Below are positions 8,127-17,467 of a DNA stretch of 34,115 nt, one piece after another. The notes under the pieces are model-generated. The model searched no databases. It saw only the letters and a list, made by a program, of their open reading frames with translations, and was not told the DNA's origin. The first letter of the stretch is position 1. Each line of letters starts with the position of its first letter. Origin of the DNA: Planctomycetota bacterium (GTDB lineage Bacteria; Planctomycetota; SZUA-567; H5-PLA8). The translations under genes were made by a program, and so were the position numbers. The stretch lies in assembly GCA_045863855.1 (NCBI GenBank), contig BTVV01000064.1:1-34115 (forward strand). The letters are read 5' to 3'.

Positions 8127-8642
8127 CTATTTAATTGCCGCTACGGCCGCCGCCGCCGCTTCCTTGATTTCCGCGTCGGCCGATTTGCTCAATTCTTCGA
8201 GCTTGGGCTTGGCGGACTTGACGCCGGGCAGGTGCGAACCCAGTTCCAGCTGGTGGCACGCCTCGATGACCGTGTCCTTGTCCTTGCTGTTCAAATCTTG
8301 AATCCAGGCCGAGAGCGACTTCCCGCCGGGCATGGGGGCATCGGGGCCTTCGGGGGGCGGGGGAGCTTTCGGAACTTCGGGCGCCTTCGGCGCGGCCGGG
8401 GTGTCGGGATGCTTGGGCGCGCCGGGGACGGTGGCCGTGAGGTCCTTGGCGACCGCGTTGGGCGATCCCGCGGGTTCGGTCTTGGCCGCGCTGGTGGTTG
8501 GAGCCGCGGGGGTGGTCGAAGCCGGCGCCGAGGAATCGGTTTTCTTCTTGGCCGTCTCGGGCTTGGAGGAACCGCCGCACCCGCTGAGGCCCAGCAGCGC
8601 CCCCAACACCACCGCCGTGCACCAACCCGCTGTGTTTTGCAT
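8127..8642 (-). CDS. Lipoprotein with Pro/Ala/Thr linker and C-terminal HEAT-like repeat
   Basis: Lipobox LSGC after hydrophobic stretch; TAAGGAG RBS; GKSLSAWIQDL...AEIKEAAAAAVAAIK. Confidence 0.8.
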   Translation of the reverse strand: MQNTAGWCTAVVLGALLGLSGCGGSSKPETAKKKTDSSAPASTTPAAPTTSAAKTEPAGSPNAVAKDLTATVPGAPKHPDTPAAPKAPEVPKAPPPPEGPDAPMPGGKSLSAWIQDLNSKDKDTVIEACHQLELGSHLPGVKSAKPKLEELSKSADAEIKEAAAAAVAAIK

Positions 8643-8791
8643 GGCCGTCTCCTTATAAGTTCGGTCGCATACGTTCCAAAAGGCCCGTGGAAAGTTTAGC
8701 TGTAATAGGAACGCGCCAAAAGGGCTCGCCGTTCAAGAATCTCGTTCTGAATCCGAGGTAACAAGGTGCAATGCGGATTTTCTTCCCCCAG

Positions 8792-8820
8792 TTGCCGTTT
8801 GGGGCCGCTCCCTGTATTCC
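8792..8820 (+). promoter_or_regulatory. Putative promoter TTGCCG-17-TATTCC, 7 nt before miaB ATG 8828
   Basis: Spacing and position; no SD. Confidence 0.4.
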
Positions 8821-8827
8821 TATCTTC

Positions 8828-10288
8828 ATGAGCGCGCAGCCCTTGCCTGCGGCATCCCCGACGCCGCGCGGCGTCGAGACGCCCGACCACGATCCCGACC
8901 TGTGCGGGACCGAAGGCTCGATTTACCTCGCCGATCCGCAGGCTTTGGCCGGCCGCGCGAACCACCCGCTGATCGCCGGGACGCGCGTTCATTTGCTCAC
9001 GTTCGGCTGCCAGATGAACGTCTACGACAGCGAGATGGTCGCCGGGTTGCTGGGCGAGCGTGGCGCGGCGTTCGTCGCCGATCCCGAGCAGGCGGATTTA
9101 ATTCTGCTCAATACGTGCAGCGTCCGCGCGCATGCCGAAGACCGCGTACACGGCCGCCTCGGCGCGCTAAAGGTACGCAAGCGCCGCGAGCCGGGTCTGC
9201 TGGTCGCGGTGATGGGATGCATGGCGCAGAAGGAAGGCGAGCACATCGCCGCGCGCTACCCGTTCGTGGACCTGATCGTCGGGACGCGGCAGTTGCATCG
9301 GTTCGCGCAGTTGCTCGAACGCGTCCGCGAGGGCGCGCACACGCCGCTGCTGGCCATAGACGAGACGCCGTCGGTTCAGTTCGGCGAGACCGTCGCTCGC
9401 CGGGAGTCGCCGCATCAGGCCTTCATCGCCGTGACGCGCGGCTGCAACAAGCGCTGCACGTACTGCGTAGTGCCTTACACGCGCGGGCCCGAAGTGAGCC
9501 GCCCCGTGGACGAAGTGGTGGCCGAAGCCGGGCGCCTTGCCGCCGACGGCGTCAAAGAAATCACGCTGCTGGGGCAGACCATCGATACGTACGGCTACGA
9601 CCTCGGCACGAACCTCTGGACGCTGCTCGAACGCTTGCATCGCATCGCCGGGCTCGAGCGCATTCGATTCATCACCAGCCATCCCGAAGAATGCCGCGAC
9701 GAACTTTGGCGCGCGATGCACGCGCTGGGCGACAAGGTGATGCCGTTCGTCCACATGCCTGCGCAGAGCGGCTCCGACGCGGTGCTGCGCCGGATGGCCC
9801 GCGGATACACGAAGGCGCGCTACCTCGAGGTGATCGCCTCGGCCCGGAAGCTCTGCCCCGGGATCGAGCTGGCCAGCGACTGGATCGTCGGCTTCAGCGG
9901 CGAGAGCGACGCGGACTTCGAGGCCTCGTTCGAATTGATGGCCGAATTGAAGCCGCAAATGAGCTACATCTTCAAGTATTCGGTCCGCGAAGGCACGCCG
10001 GCGCAGCGCCTGCCCGACGACGTGCCCGAAGAAGCGAAGAAGATCCGGCATCGCCGGCTGCTCGACTTGCAGGAAGAGATTTCGCTCGAGCAGAACCGCG
10101 CCAGCGTGGGTCGCGTCGAGCAGGTGCTCGTGGAAGGTTTGAGCAAGAACGACCCCACTCGCCTCACCGGCCGCACGCGGACGCGGCGGCTCGTGCATTT
10201 CCCCGGAACCGCCGATCTCGCCGGAAGCCTCGTGGACGTGAAGATCGTGAGCGCCACGGGCCTTTCGCTGCTGGGCGAGCGCTGCTGA
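8828..10288 (+). CDS. miaB: tRNA-2-methylthio-N6-dimethylallyladenosine synthase
   Basis: TFGCQMNVYDSE, LNTCSVR, MGCMAQ (UPF0004 domain); radical SAM CNKRCTYC; RFITSHP; C-terminal TRAM domain. Confidence 0.95.
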   Translation: MSAQPLPAASPTPRGVETPDHDPDLCGTEGSIYLADPQALAGRANHPLIAGTRVHLLTFGCQMNVYDSEMVAGLLGERGAAFVADPEQADLILLNTCSVRAHAEDRVHGRLGALKVRKRREPGLLVAVMGCMAQKEGEHIAARYPFVDLIVGTRQLHRFAQLLERVREGAHTPLLAIDETPSVQFGETVARRESPHQAFIAVTRGCNKRCTYCVVPYTRGPEVSRPVDEVVAEAGRLAADGVKEITLLGQTIDTYGYDLGTNLWTLLERLHRIAGLERIRFITSHPEECRDELWRAMHALGDKVMPFVHMPAQSGSDAVLRRMARGYTKARYLEVIASARKLCPGIELASDWIVGFSGESDADFEASFELMAELKPQMSYIFKYSVREGTPAQRLPDDVPEEAKKIRHRRLLDLQEEISLEQNRASVGRVEQVLVEGLSKNDPTRLTGRTRTRRLVHFPGTADLAGSLVDVKIVSATGLSLLGERC

Positions 10289-10320
10289 GCGGTCTTACGC
10301 GTGACCTTGGCGCATTTCGA

Positions 10321-11820
10321 TTACGTTTGGGGACGGCTCCAGCGCCAGGCCGCGAGGAATCCCAGCACCGCCGCGCATCCGGCCGCGAGGCTCCAGGCGC
10401 TCCAAAAGCTCAGTCCGCTGCCATGCCAGATCCACGGACCGACCTCGCCGCGCCACAGGTGTTCGACCGGCGCGCAGGCCCGTTCCAAGTACAGCGCATC
10501 GCCCGCGAAGAGGTCGCGTCCTGCGCGCTCGCCGGCCCATTTGAGCCGCAAGTAGAAGGAGAAAATCTCGCCCGTGCAGAAGTAGATCTGCTGCAGCACG
10601 CACAACAGCAGCGCCGCCCACGCCATTCGGCGCGCGCGGGCCGTCCAACTCGCGTATCCGAACGCGACCGCGAGCAGCGCCAGCGCAGCCGCCGGGAGCA
10701 GCAGGCGCGGCCCGAGGCAGAAGCCGCCGTGCCAGTCCGAGCGGCTGGCGACAAAGAACAATCGAGCGAGGAGCGCCGCCGAAAGGGTCCAAGCTAGTTT
10801 CGACCGCGCGCGATGCAGGGCGGGCCACGCCGGGAGCGCCAGCAGCAACGCCGGAAAAGTCCAGAGCAAGCCCTTGCCCGCTCCGGCCAGAAGTCCCCAC
10901 AGGCCGCGCCACGGCGCGACGAATACCGCGTAGCGCATCTGCGGATCGGCGGTGCGGCCCGTCTCGAAGACGTTTCCGAAGCGCGCGTAATGGTGCGCGC
11001 CCAGCAGCAGCAGCGGTAGCGCCAGCCCGGCCGCGAAGCTAGATCCACGGATGACGCGGTGCTTGGCCGAATCGCCTTCCCAAACGGCGTACGCCAGCCA
11101 GAAGGGCGCGAAGAGCGCGCACGAGATATGCGTCGCGATGCTTAGTCCGAGGAAAAGGCCGGCCATGGCGCATCCGGCCGGCGTCCCGGCACTCAATGCG
11201 TATAAGGAACCCATAATGCCCAAGAGCGCGAGCGGTTCGCTGAAAAAGGTGCCCGCATACGGAAAGAGCAAGCTTCCGAAGGCCAGCAGCAGCGCCGCGA
11301 AAAGGGCTCCTTCGCGGGCCGAGCCCAGCCGCCGCGCCAGGAAGTAGAAGAGCGCCACGCACGCAGCCGCGACGAGCGAATTGAAGAAGGAGACGTAGAA
11401 CCGCACCGCATGTGCCCGCGCATCGGGGGGCGCCGGCGTGCGAGCTTTGTCCGCGTAGCCGCCACCGATGTAATAGCTGACCGGATACCGCTCGTTCGCA
11501 CCTTCGGCGGCGGGCGGCACGCAGCGCTCGGCCAGCGCCACGAGCGGCGCGCTGGCGAGCGGAAGTCCGGGGCCGAAGATCGCGTAGCGCCGCCCGTCGG
11601 TTCCGCGCGGCAGCCCGAACGATTCCCAGGCGAGGGGCTGCTCCACCGCGAAAGTGCGGCGCTCGGCCAAGGCTTGCGCGGTTCGGAACATCACTTCGCC
11701 GTCGGGCGAACGGATGCCGCCGTAGTTGAACAGGGCGTAAATCAGCGCGCAGGCCAGCAAGAGCGCCCATCCGTCGCGCGAAACGGAGCGGTCCACGGCG
11801 CCGCCTGGAGTCGGGTTCAC
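10321..11820 (-). CDS. Polytopic membrane protein, GT-C/glycosyltransferase family 39-like
   Basis: Many TM segments; SPDGE after first TM, FFSEP, WHGGFCLGPRLLLP; GTG start overlaps upstream TGA (GTGA at 11817-11820). Confidence 0.75.
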   Translation of the reverse strand: MNPTPGGAVDRSVSRDGWALLLACALIYALFNYGGIRSPDGEVMFRTAQALAERRTFAVEQPLAWESFGLPRGTDGRRYAIFGPGLPLASAPLVALAERCVPPAAEGANERYPVSYYIGGGYADKARTPAPPDARAHAVRFYVSFFNSLVAAACVALFYFLARRLGSAREGALFAALLLAFGSLLFPYAGTFFSEPLALLGIMGSLYALSAGTPAGCAMAGLFLGLSIATHISCALFAPFWLAYAVWEGDSAKHRVIRGSSFAAGLALPLLLLGAHHYARFGNVFETGRTADPQMRYAVFVAPWRGLWGLLAGAGKGLLWTFPALLLALPAWPALHRARSKLAWTLSAALLARLFFVASRSDWHGGFCLGPRLLLPAAALALLAVAFGYASWTARARRMAWAALLLCVLQQIYFCTGEIFSFYLRLKWAGERAGRDLFAGDALYLERACAPVEHLWRGEVGPWIWHGSGLSFWSAWSLAAGCAAVLGFLAAWRWSRPQT

Positions 11821-12644
11821 CCCAGCGGACTCACGCGCAGCTTTTTCAACTTCTCGACCGTGGCTTGAAGCGCCTCGAGGCGGTTCGTGTCGCGGTGGGT
11901 GCCCGCCAGCAGCGCCACGCCGTCGCCGCGCGAGAGGGTGGAGAGGCCCACGATCACGTGCCCCCACGAGACGTCGCCTTGCCCGAAGGGCGCTTCGCCG
12001 CCGCCGCGGAAGGCATCGGTCACGCCGGCCAGCGTCACGCGCGCCGATAATGCTTGAAGCGCGTTCAGCGGATCCTCGCCGCGCGAGATCAAGCGTCCGG
12101 GCTGCAAGTCGACTTCGAAGAGGCTGCTGCGGTCGTGTTCGGCCAGAAAGGCGGCCAGGTCCGCCGACGATTCGCTGCCGGCCGGGAGGACCGGGCGCAG
12201 CCCGGTTTGCGCCGCGAAGGCGCTCAGCGCGGCCAGCGCCTCGCCCAGCGCGCGGCGGGTGCTCGCTTCTTTTTCGTCGGTCGCGGGCGGCACGAAGCCC
12301 AGCGGAATCCAGATGCGCGCGAAACCCAGGTCGCGGGCGAGGTCGAAGGCTTCGCGGATGCAGGCAAGCGTCGTGTCGAGCGCCCCGCGTTCGCCCAAGC
12401 GCCGCCCGCCCACGTCGGCCTTCAACGCGTCGAGTTTCACGCCCAAGCCGCGCAGTTTATGGCCCAGATCGCGCCGGCCGGTCGCCGTCAGCGTCCGAGG
12501 GTTCACTTCCGCGCCGAAGCCGTCCAGCCCCACGGCTTCGAGCCCCCACGGGGCGGCGCGTTTGAGCGCGGCACGCAGGTCGAGCTTGAGGTCGTCGAGC
12601 CAGAGGCCGACGCGCAAGGGAACGGAGGCGGAACCGAGGAGCAT
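11817..12644 (-). CDS. Xylose isomerase-like TIM-barrel (sugar phosphate isomerase/epimerase family), degenerate active site
   Basis: C-terminal 275 aa of ORF 11817..14201; AFDLARDLG, EAPFGQGDVSW family pattern; canonical metal ligands largely substituted. Confidence 0.8.
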   Translation of the reverse strand: MLLGSASVPLRVGLWLDDLKLDLRAALKRAAPWGLEAVGLDGFGAEVNPRTLTATGRRDLGHKLRGLGVKLDALKADVGGRRLGERGALDTTLACIREAFDLARDLGFARIWIPLGFVPPATDEKEASTRRALGEALAALSAFAAQTGLRPVLPAGSESSADLAAFLAEHDRSSLFEVDLQPGRLISRGEDPLNALQALSARVTLAGVTDAFRGGGEAPFGQGDVSWGHVIVGLSTLSRGDGVALLAGTHRDTNRLEALQATVEKLKKLRVSPLG

Positions 12645-12650
12645 GGGTCC

Positions 12651-12678
12651 ATTTTGACCGGAGGCGCGGAGTTCGCAA
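12651..12678 (-). promoter_or_regulatory. Putative promoter TTGCGA-16-CAAAAT, 6 nt before ATG 12644
   Basis: Spacing and position; no SD. Confidence 0.45.
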
Positions 12679-12698
12679 CTCACCGATGCGGCTTGCAT

Positions 12699-12727
12699 TT
12701 GCAACGCCTCGCGAAAGCGGTGAAAAT
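12699..12727 (+). promoter_or_regulatory. Putative promoter TTGCAA-17-GAAAAT for the oxidoreductase
   Basis: Divergent intergenic region; AAAGGAGG RBS downstream. Confidence 0.5.
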
Positions 12728-12767
12728 GCCGTGTATCCAAGGCACGCATAGTTAAAAGGAGGGCCGC

Positions 12768-13874
12768 ATGGCCGCCAGCGGGGGACGGGGTTTCGGCATC
12801 GTCGGTTTGGGCATGATCGCGGAGTTTCACGCCAAGGCGATCCAGGCGATGCAAGGCGGGCATCTGGTCTGCGCGTTTTCGCGCAAGGGCGGCCCCAACG
12901 CGGAAAAGTTCGCCAAGGAATTCGGCGTCAAGGTGTACGTCGGCGATTACGACGCTTTCCTGAAGCATCCGGGCCTCGATTGCGTCGCCATCGCCACGCC
13001 GTCGGGCGCGCATTTGGAACCCGGCGCCGCCGCCGCGAAGGCCAAGAAGCACGTCATCTGCGAGAAGCCCCTCGAAATCACGCTGGAGCGCTGCGACGCG
13101 CTCATCGCCGCGTGCAAGAAGAACCGCGTGCTGCTCGGCGGAATTTTCCCCAGCCGGACCGGCGGCGCGGTCAACGCGATCAAGCAGGCGCTCGACCAGA
13201 AGCGTTTCGGGCAGCTCACCGTCTGCAACGCGGTAATCCCCTGGCACCGCACGCAGCAGTACTACGACAGCGGCGGCTGGCGCGGGACGTGGGCGCTCGA
13301 CGGCGGCGGGGCGCTGATGAACCAGTCGATTCACACCATCGACCTGTTGCAGTGGCTGGCCGGACCCGCGAAAGAGATCACCGCGTACGCCGGTTGCCTG
13401 ATCCATAAGCGCATCGAAGTCGAGGACGCCGCCGCCGCGATCATCAAGTGGAAGAGCGGCGCGATCGGGACGCTTACAGGCAGCACCGCCATGTGGCCCG
13501 GTCTGCCCAACGAAGTGCTGATCACCGGCTCCGACGGCACGGCGTGGTTCCGCGGCGGGCAGCTCGTGACGTGGCAGTTCGCGCAGGAGCGCCCCGAAGA
13601 CGCCAAGATCCGCGAGGAGTTTTCGCCCAAGCCCGATGCGGGCGGCAAGACGGGCGCCAGCGATCCGCGCGCGATCAGTTTCGTCGGGCACCAGAAGCAG
13701 TTCGAGAATTTCGTGGGCTGCCTCGACGGCAAAGAAAAGCTGCTCGTGGACGGAAAAGAAGCGCGCAAGGCCGTCGAAGTGATCCTGGCGGTGTACGGTT
13801 CGTCGCTGAGCGGCAAAGCCGTCAAGCTGCCGCTGAAGAAGACGCCGAAGCGCCGCAAGTTTCCGAAGGTGTAG
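12768..13874 (+). CDS. Gfo/Idh/MocA family oxidoreductase
   Basis: GIVGLGMIA, ATPSGAH, VICEKP, GGGALMNQSIHTID; AAAGGAGG RBS. Confidence 0.93.
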   Translation: MAASGGRGFGIVGLGMIAEFHAKAIQAMQGGHLVCAFSRKGGPNAEKFAKEFGVKVYVGDYDAFLKHPGLDCVAIATPSGAHLEPGAAAAKAKKHVICEKPLEITLERCDALIAACKKNRVLLGGIFPSRTGGAVNAIKQALDQKRFGQLTVCNAVIPWHRTQQYYDSGGWRGTWALDGGGALMNQSIHTIDLLQWLAGPAKEITAYAGCLIHKRIEVEDAAAAIIKWKSGAIGTLTGSTAMWPGLPNEVLITGSDGTAWFRGGQLVTWQFAQERPEDAKIREEFSPKPDAGGKTGASDPRAISFVGHQKQFENFVGCLDGKEKLLVDGKEARKAVEVILAVYGSSLSGKAVKLPLKKTPKRRKFPKV

Positions 13875-13888
13875 CGGCCAGCCGTAGC

Positions 13889-13913
13889 GCGGGCGAGACG
13901 CCCGCCGCCTTTT
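13889..13913 (+). terminator. Possible intrinsic terminator
   Basis: GCGGGCG-AGA-CGCCCGC followed by CGCC-TTTT. Confidence 0.4.
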
Positions 13914-13916
13914 CCG

Positions 13917-13945
13917 TTGACGTACCTCAGTCCTGTGTCTAGCCG
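13917..13945 (+). promoter_or_regulatory. Putative promoter TTGACG-17-TAGCCG for the AlkP-family gene
   Basis: Strong -35, weak -10. Confidence 0.35.
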
Positions 13946-13968
13946 TTTGCTTGAACCCTGGAACCGGC

Positions 13969-15552
13969 ATGTACGAGCGCCTTCTTGTCCTGCAGCTCGA
14001 CTCCGTGCCTTGGTCGGTGCTCGGACCGCTGATGGCCGAAGGCGCGATGCCGCGGCTGAAGGCGCTGTACGAACAAGGCTGTTCCGGCACGCTGTGCAGT
14101 ACGATTCCGCCGATCACGCCCGCCGCGTGGGCGACCTTCATGACCGGAGTGAACCCCGGACGGCACGGCATCCTGGGCTTCAAAGGCTTCGATCCCGTCA
14201 AGCAGACGTATCGCCTCAGCGATGCGCGGCACCTTCACGAACGCAACATCTATCGGATGCTCGCACAATCCGGGAAGCGCGTCGGCGTGATGATGCAGCC
14301 TTCGACGCATCCCCCTTTCGATACCAACGGCTTCATGCTCAGCGGCTTCGACGGTCCGGGCCTTTCGGCGCCGTTCGCTTTTCCAAGCGAACTGGAGCCG
14401 GAAATTCGCAAGCTCTGCCCCGAGCACGAGCTGAATTACAACTTCCACCGGATCTGGAATCGCCCGCTGGGTCCGGATGCCGACGCGATCTTCGCAGCCA
14501 ATCTGGCGGGCGCTTCCGAGCAGGTGCGGCGGGTCACGCAGTTAACGCTCGATCTGCTGCACCGGAGGCCGGTGGACGCGCTGATCGCGTACTATCAGGC
14601 GCCGGATGTGGTGCTGCATAAAGCATGGCCTTTCTGTCTTCCGTCAGGCGCGGCCCGCAATCCCGCTCGGCGCGCGGCGACGGTGGCTTTCTGGAGAGAG
14701 GTAGACACCGCATGCGGCCGGCTGCTAGATGAATTTCCGTCGGAAAACAGGCTCGAATTGGTCATCAGCGATCACGGGCATCAGCTCGCGAAGTACGCGG
14801 TAAGCGTCAACGATTTACTGCAACAAGCCGGACTGCTTACCTTTGCGCGGTCGATGGGAAGCCTGGCTAAAGATGCCGTGCGCCGCGTGGGTGCGCTCGC
14901 GCGCGGTGAGAAGCGCCGCGGTCTCGGCACGCCCATCGACTGGGACCGTACGAAAGCGTTCATGCCCTATCAAGTCTGCTCGGGTCTGGTTTACGTGAAT
15001 CTCAAGGGCCGCCAACCGTACGGTTCGGTCGATCCCGCCGATTACGTGCGCGTGCGCGACGAAGTTCGCGCGTCATTGCTGGCTCAAAAGCTGCCTGACG
15101 GGAACCCAGTCTGTGAGGATGTGGTGGTGGGCGACGAATTTTTCCCCGACAAGGATGCGCGCGGAATGCCCGACCTGATCCTGTTGCAAGGAGAAGGGGT
15201 GGACTTCAAGCGCCGCGCCGGACAGGCCGAGACCCACCGGCTCTACAAGATGGGCATCTTCGGCATCCATCATCCTGACGGGTTGTATATCTTGCGTGGC
15301 GCGGGCGTCCCGAAGCGCACGCAGGTCGATTTCAATATTTTAGATTTTCCGCCCACGCTGCTGGCGGCGCTGGGGGAGGCCGTGCCGAGTTTCATGGAAG
15401 GCGCCGTGCGCCACGAGTGTTTCGAGGCGCCGCTGGACGTGCGCACGCGCGAATGGCCTTGGGGCGAGACCGCGGCCATCGAAGCCGGGTACACGCCCGA
15501 GCAGCAGGCGGAGATCGAAGCGCGGTTGGAAGACTTAGGCTATCTGGATTGA
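13969..15552 (+). CDS. Alkaline phosphatase superfamily protein (type I phosphodiesterase/nucleotide pyrophosphatase-like)
   Basis: LQLDS, STIPPITPAAWATFMTGVNPGRHGI (Thr nucleophile), ISDHG, GIHHPDG, C-terminal RLEDLGYL. Confidence 0.88.
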   Translation: MYERLLVLQLDSVPWSVLGPLMAEGAMPRLKALYEQGCSGTLCSTIPPITPAAWATFMTGVNPGRHGILGFKGFDPVKQTYRLSDARHLHERNIYRMLAQSGKRVGVMMQPSTHPPFDTNGFMLSGFDGPGLSAPFAFPSELEPEIRKLCPEHELNYNFHRIWNRPLGPDADAIFAANLAGASEQVRRVTQLTLDLLHRRPVDALIAYYQAPDVVLHKAWPFCLPSGAARNPARRAATVAFWREVDTACGRLLDEFPSENRLELVISDHGHQLAKYAVSVNDLLQQAGLLTFARSMGSLAKDAVRRVGALARGEKRRGLGTPIDWDRTKAFMPYQVCSGLVYVNLKGRQPYGSVDPADYVRVRDEVRASLLAQKLPDGNPVCEDVVVGDEFFPDKDARGMPDLILLQGEGVDFKRRAGQAETHRLYKMGIFGIHHPDGLYILRGAGVPKRTQVDFNILDFPPTLLAALGEAVPSFMEGAVRHECFEAPLDVRTREWPWGETAAIEAGYTPEQQAEIEARLEDLGYLD

Positions 15553-15575
15553 TGTGCCGGTAGTGCCCGCAGCCG

Positions 15576-16637
15576 TTACCCGGCGGCCACGGCTTCCGGC
15601 ATCGGCGCGCTCTTGGCCGCGGCTTTTTCGAGCACCGGTTTGGGCGGCAGTTCGGCGCGGAACTGATAGGATGGATCGGTTTTCTGACGCTCCAAAATCT
15701 TCGCGATCCCCGTCCAAGTCTCGTACAACCCGTTGGGGCAGTGCGGCATTTCCTTCTTAATCAGGCGATGCAATTTACCCAGCTTGTAGCAGGGCACCGC
15801 CGCGTACATGTGATGCTCGGTGTGGTAATTCATGTGCCAGTACAGGAACTGAAAGAACGGGTTGAGGTAGATGGTGCGGCAGCAGAGCCGGAAGTCCGGC
15901 ACGTTGTCGCTCAGCCCCACATGCTGCGCGCTGTTGCAGAGGAAGTGCAGCCCGCCGCCGTAGTGCGGCGCGAGCGTCACCAGGACCGGAATCATCCACA
16001 GGCCGAAGTAACACGACACCGCCACGATGGAGAGGTGACCCACGAGCAGGAAGGCCGCCCACTGCCGGAGCTGTTTGTGCGCCTTCGGATTTTCCTCGAA
16101 CAGGTGCTTCTCCCATTTGCCTTCGAGCTTCCCGCTGGCCACGCGCCAGTTGTGCTTCAGGAAATGCCACGGGCCCCAGATGTTGACGAAGGCGCCTTTG
16201 AGGAAATTCTTCACGCTGTACTTCTGCGGCAGGACCACTTCCAGGTCGTCGGGCGGGTGGAGCGTGTACTTGTGGTGCTCGGTATGGCTGGCCCAGAAGC
16301 CGATGTGGTTGTACGGGCCCAGAAAGCTGTAGACCCATAAAAAGATTTTGTTCAGCGCGCGGGTCTTGAAAACCGAATCGTGGATCAGTTCGTGGAAGCC
16401 GTTGATCAGGAAATGCCAGCACGTGCCGTGGAGGAATACGAGCGCCACCGTCGCATACCAAGGCCCGTGTTCGGCCGATAAAAACGCCGCGGTCCCCGTC
16501 GCGGCCAGCACGCCCAGGAACCCCAGCGTCTGGACGAAGCCCAGGAGATCGCTGCGCCGGTTCAGCTCGGCCAGGTCTTCTTTACTCAGGTGGCAGCGGT
16601 ACCACTTGATCAGTTCGCCCGGACTGCGCTCGCTCAT
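15576..16637 (-). CDS. Membrane di-iron fatty acid desaturase family protein, MocD-like
   Basis: His boxes HELIH, HTEHH, NYHTEHH; QHVGLSDNVPDFRL..RTIYLNP..FLYWHMNYH pattern typical of the MocD-like subfamily. Confidence 0.88.
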   Translation of the reverse strand: MSERSPGELIKWYRCHLSKEDLAELNRRSDLLGFVQTLGFLGVLAATGTAAFLSAEHGPWYATVALVFLHGTCWHFLINGFHELIHDSVFKTRALNKIFLWVYSFLGPYNHIGFWASHTEHHKYTLHPPDDLEVVLPQKYSVKNFLKGAFVNIWGPWHFLKHNWRVASGKLEGKWEKHLFEENPKAHKQLRQWAAFLLVGHLSIVAVSCYFGLWMIPVLVTLAPHYGGGLHFLCNSAQHVGLSDNVPDFRLCCRTIYLNPFFQFLYWHMNYHTEHHMYAAVPCYKLGKLHRLIKKEMPHCPNGLYETWTGIAKILERQKTDPSYQFRAELPPKPVLEKAAAKSAPMPEAVAAG

Positions 16638-16752
16638 GACGATTCCGGCTCCAGGAACCCGCCGCACCGAAAGCGGCCGATCCTGAATTAAAGCTCACGT
16701 GCACCCGAGGTGCGTTTGCAAAGCTACGAAAGAGTTTTGTACGGGTGCGCGC

Positions 16753-16780
16753 CGTCTGAAGGGCCGGCGACCTTCAGACG
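16753..16780. terminator. 10-bp stem-loop downstream of the DUF1844 gene
   Basis: CGTCTGAAGG-8 nt-CCTTCAGACG. Confidence 0.5.
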
Positions 16781-16824
16781 AAGCCCTGGCTATCTACCGC
16801 TCGGTGTATCGTGAAATATCCGTC

Positions 16825-17355
16825 CTACCTCGGGCCCGCGCCCGGTCCGCGCGGACCGGCTCGGCCTTTCATCTGCTCGGCCAACTGCTTCGCGATCTCG
16901 ACGAAGTAGAATTGCAGCTCGCGCGCCGCGTCGCCTAAGGTCTTCTCTTCGGCCTCGGCGAGATTCCCCTTGGTCTTTTCCTTAAGCACGTTGAGGAGAT
17001 CGATCGTCTGCTTGGCGCCTTCCAGGTCCACTTCGCGCCGGCCGGTGAAGGGGTTTTCCATCTGACCCAACTGCATGAGGGCCTGTTGCACGAGGCTGCC
17101 GACGAAGTTCACGAAGAGCGAGTTCGCCGGCGCGCCCTTGGCTCCGGCGGGTGCTTCGGCGGCCTCCGGCGCTTCGTTGCCGGCCGGGGCCTGGGCACCG
17201 GGCGCCGCGGGCTTCGCGCCGCCGGCGGCGGGTTTAGCCGGCGCCGCGTTCGCCAACTCGCGCTCCTTGCGGACCTCTTCCTTCCAACTTTGATCCACCT
17301 TTTTCTTCGTGATCTTGATCCCGGGTGAATCTCCGGCGCTGTTTTCCTGCGTCAT
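16825..17355 (-). CDS. DUF1844 domain protein
   Basis: FVGSLVQQALMQLG..ENP.TG..EVDLEGAKQTIDLL.VLKEKTKGNL; TAAGGAG RBS. Confidence 0.85.
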   Translation of the reverse strand: MTQENSAGDSPGIKITKKKVDQSWKEEVRKERELANAAPAKPAAGGAKPAAPGAQAPAGNEAPEAAEAPAGAKGAPANSLFVNFVGSLVQQALMQLGQMENPFTGRREVDLEGAKQTIDLLNVLKEKTKGNLAEAEEKTLGDAARELQFYFVEIAKQLAEQMKGRAGPRGPGAGPR

Positions 17356-17418
17356 GGCCTGCTCCTTAAGGTACGGCTTGCCGCGCTTTCATTGCGAAGG
17401 TTGCTGTGTAAGGGCCTT

Positions 17419-17450
17419 CCGCGGGCGGCCTCATGGGAGGCCGCCCGCGG
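17419..17450. terminator. 14-bp perfect GC-rich stem-loop just downstream of the epimerase stop
   Basis: CCGCGGGCGGCCTC-ATGG-GAGGCCGCCCGCGG. Confidence 0.6.
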
Positions 17451-17467
17451 CAAGGGTCCGGATTATC

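Noticed and set aside
12645..14201. N-terminal 519 aa of ORF 11817..14201 suggesting a large fusion protein
   Set aside because: Antisense to the well-supported oxidoreductase; the real gene starts near 12644 with its own promoter
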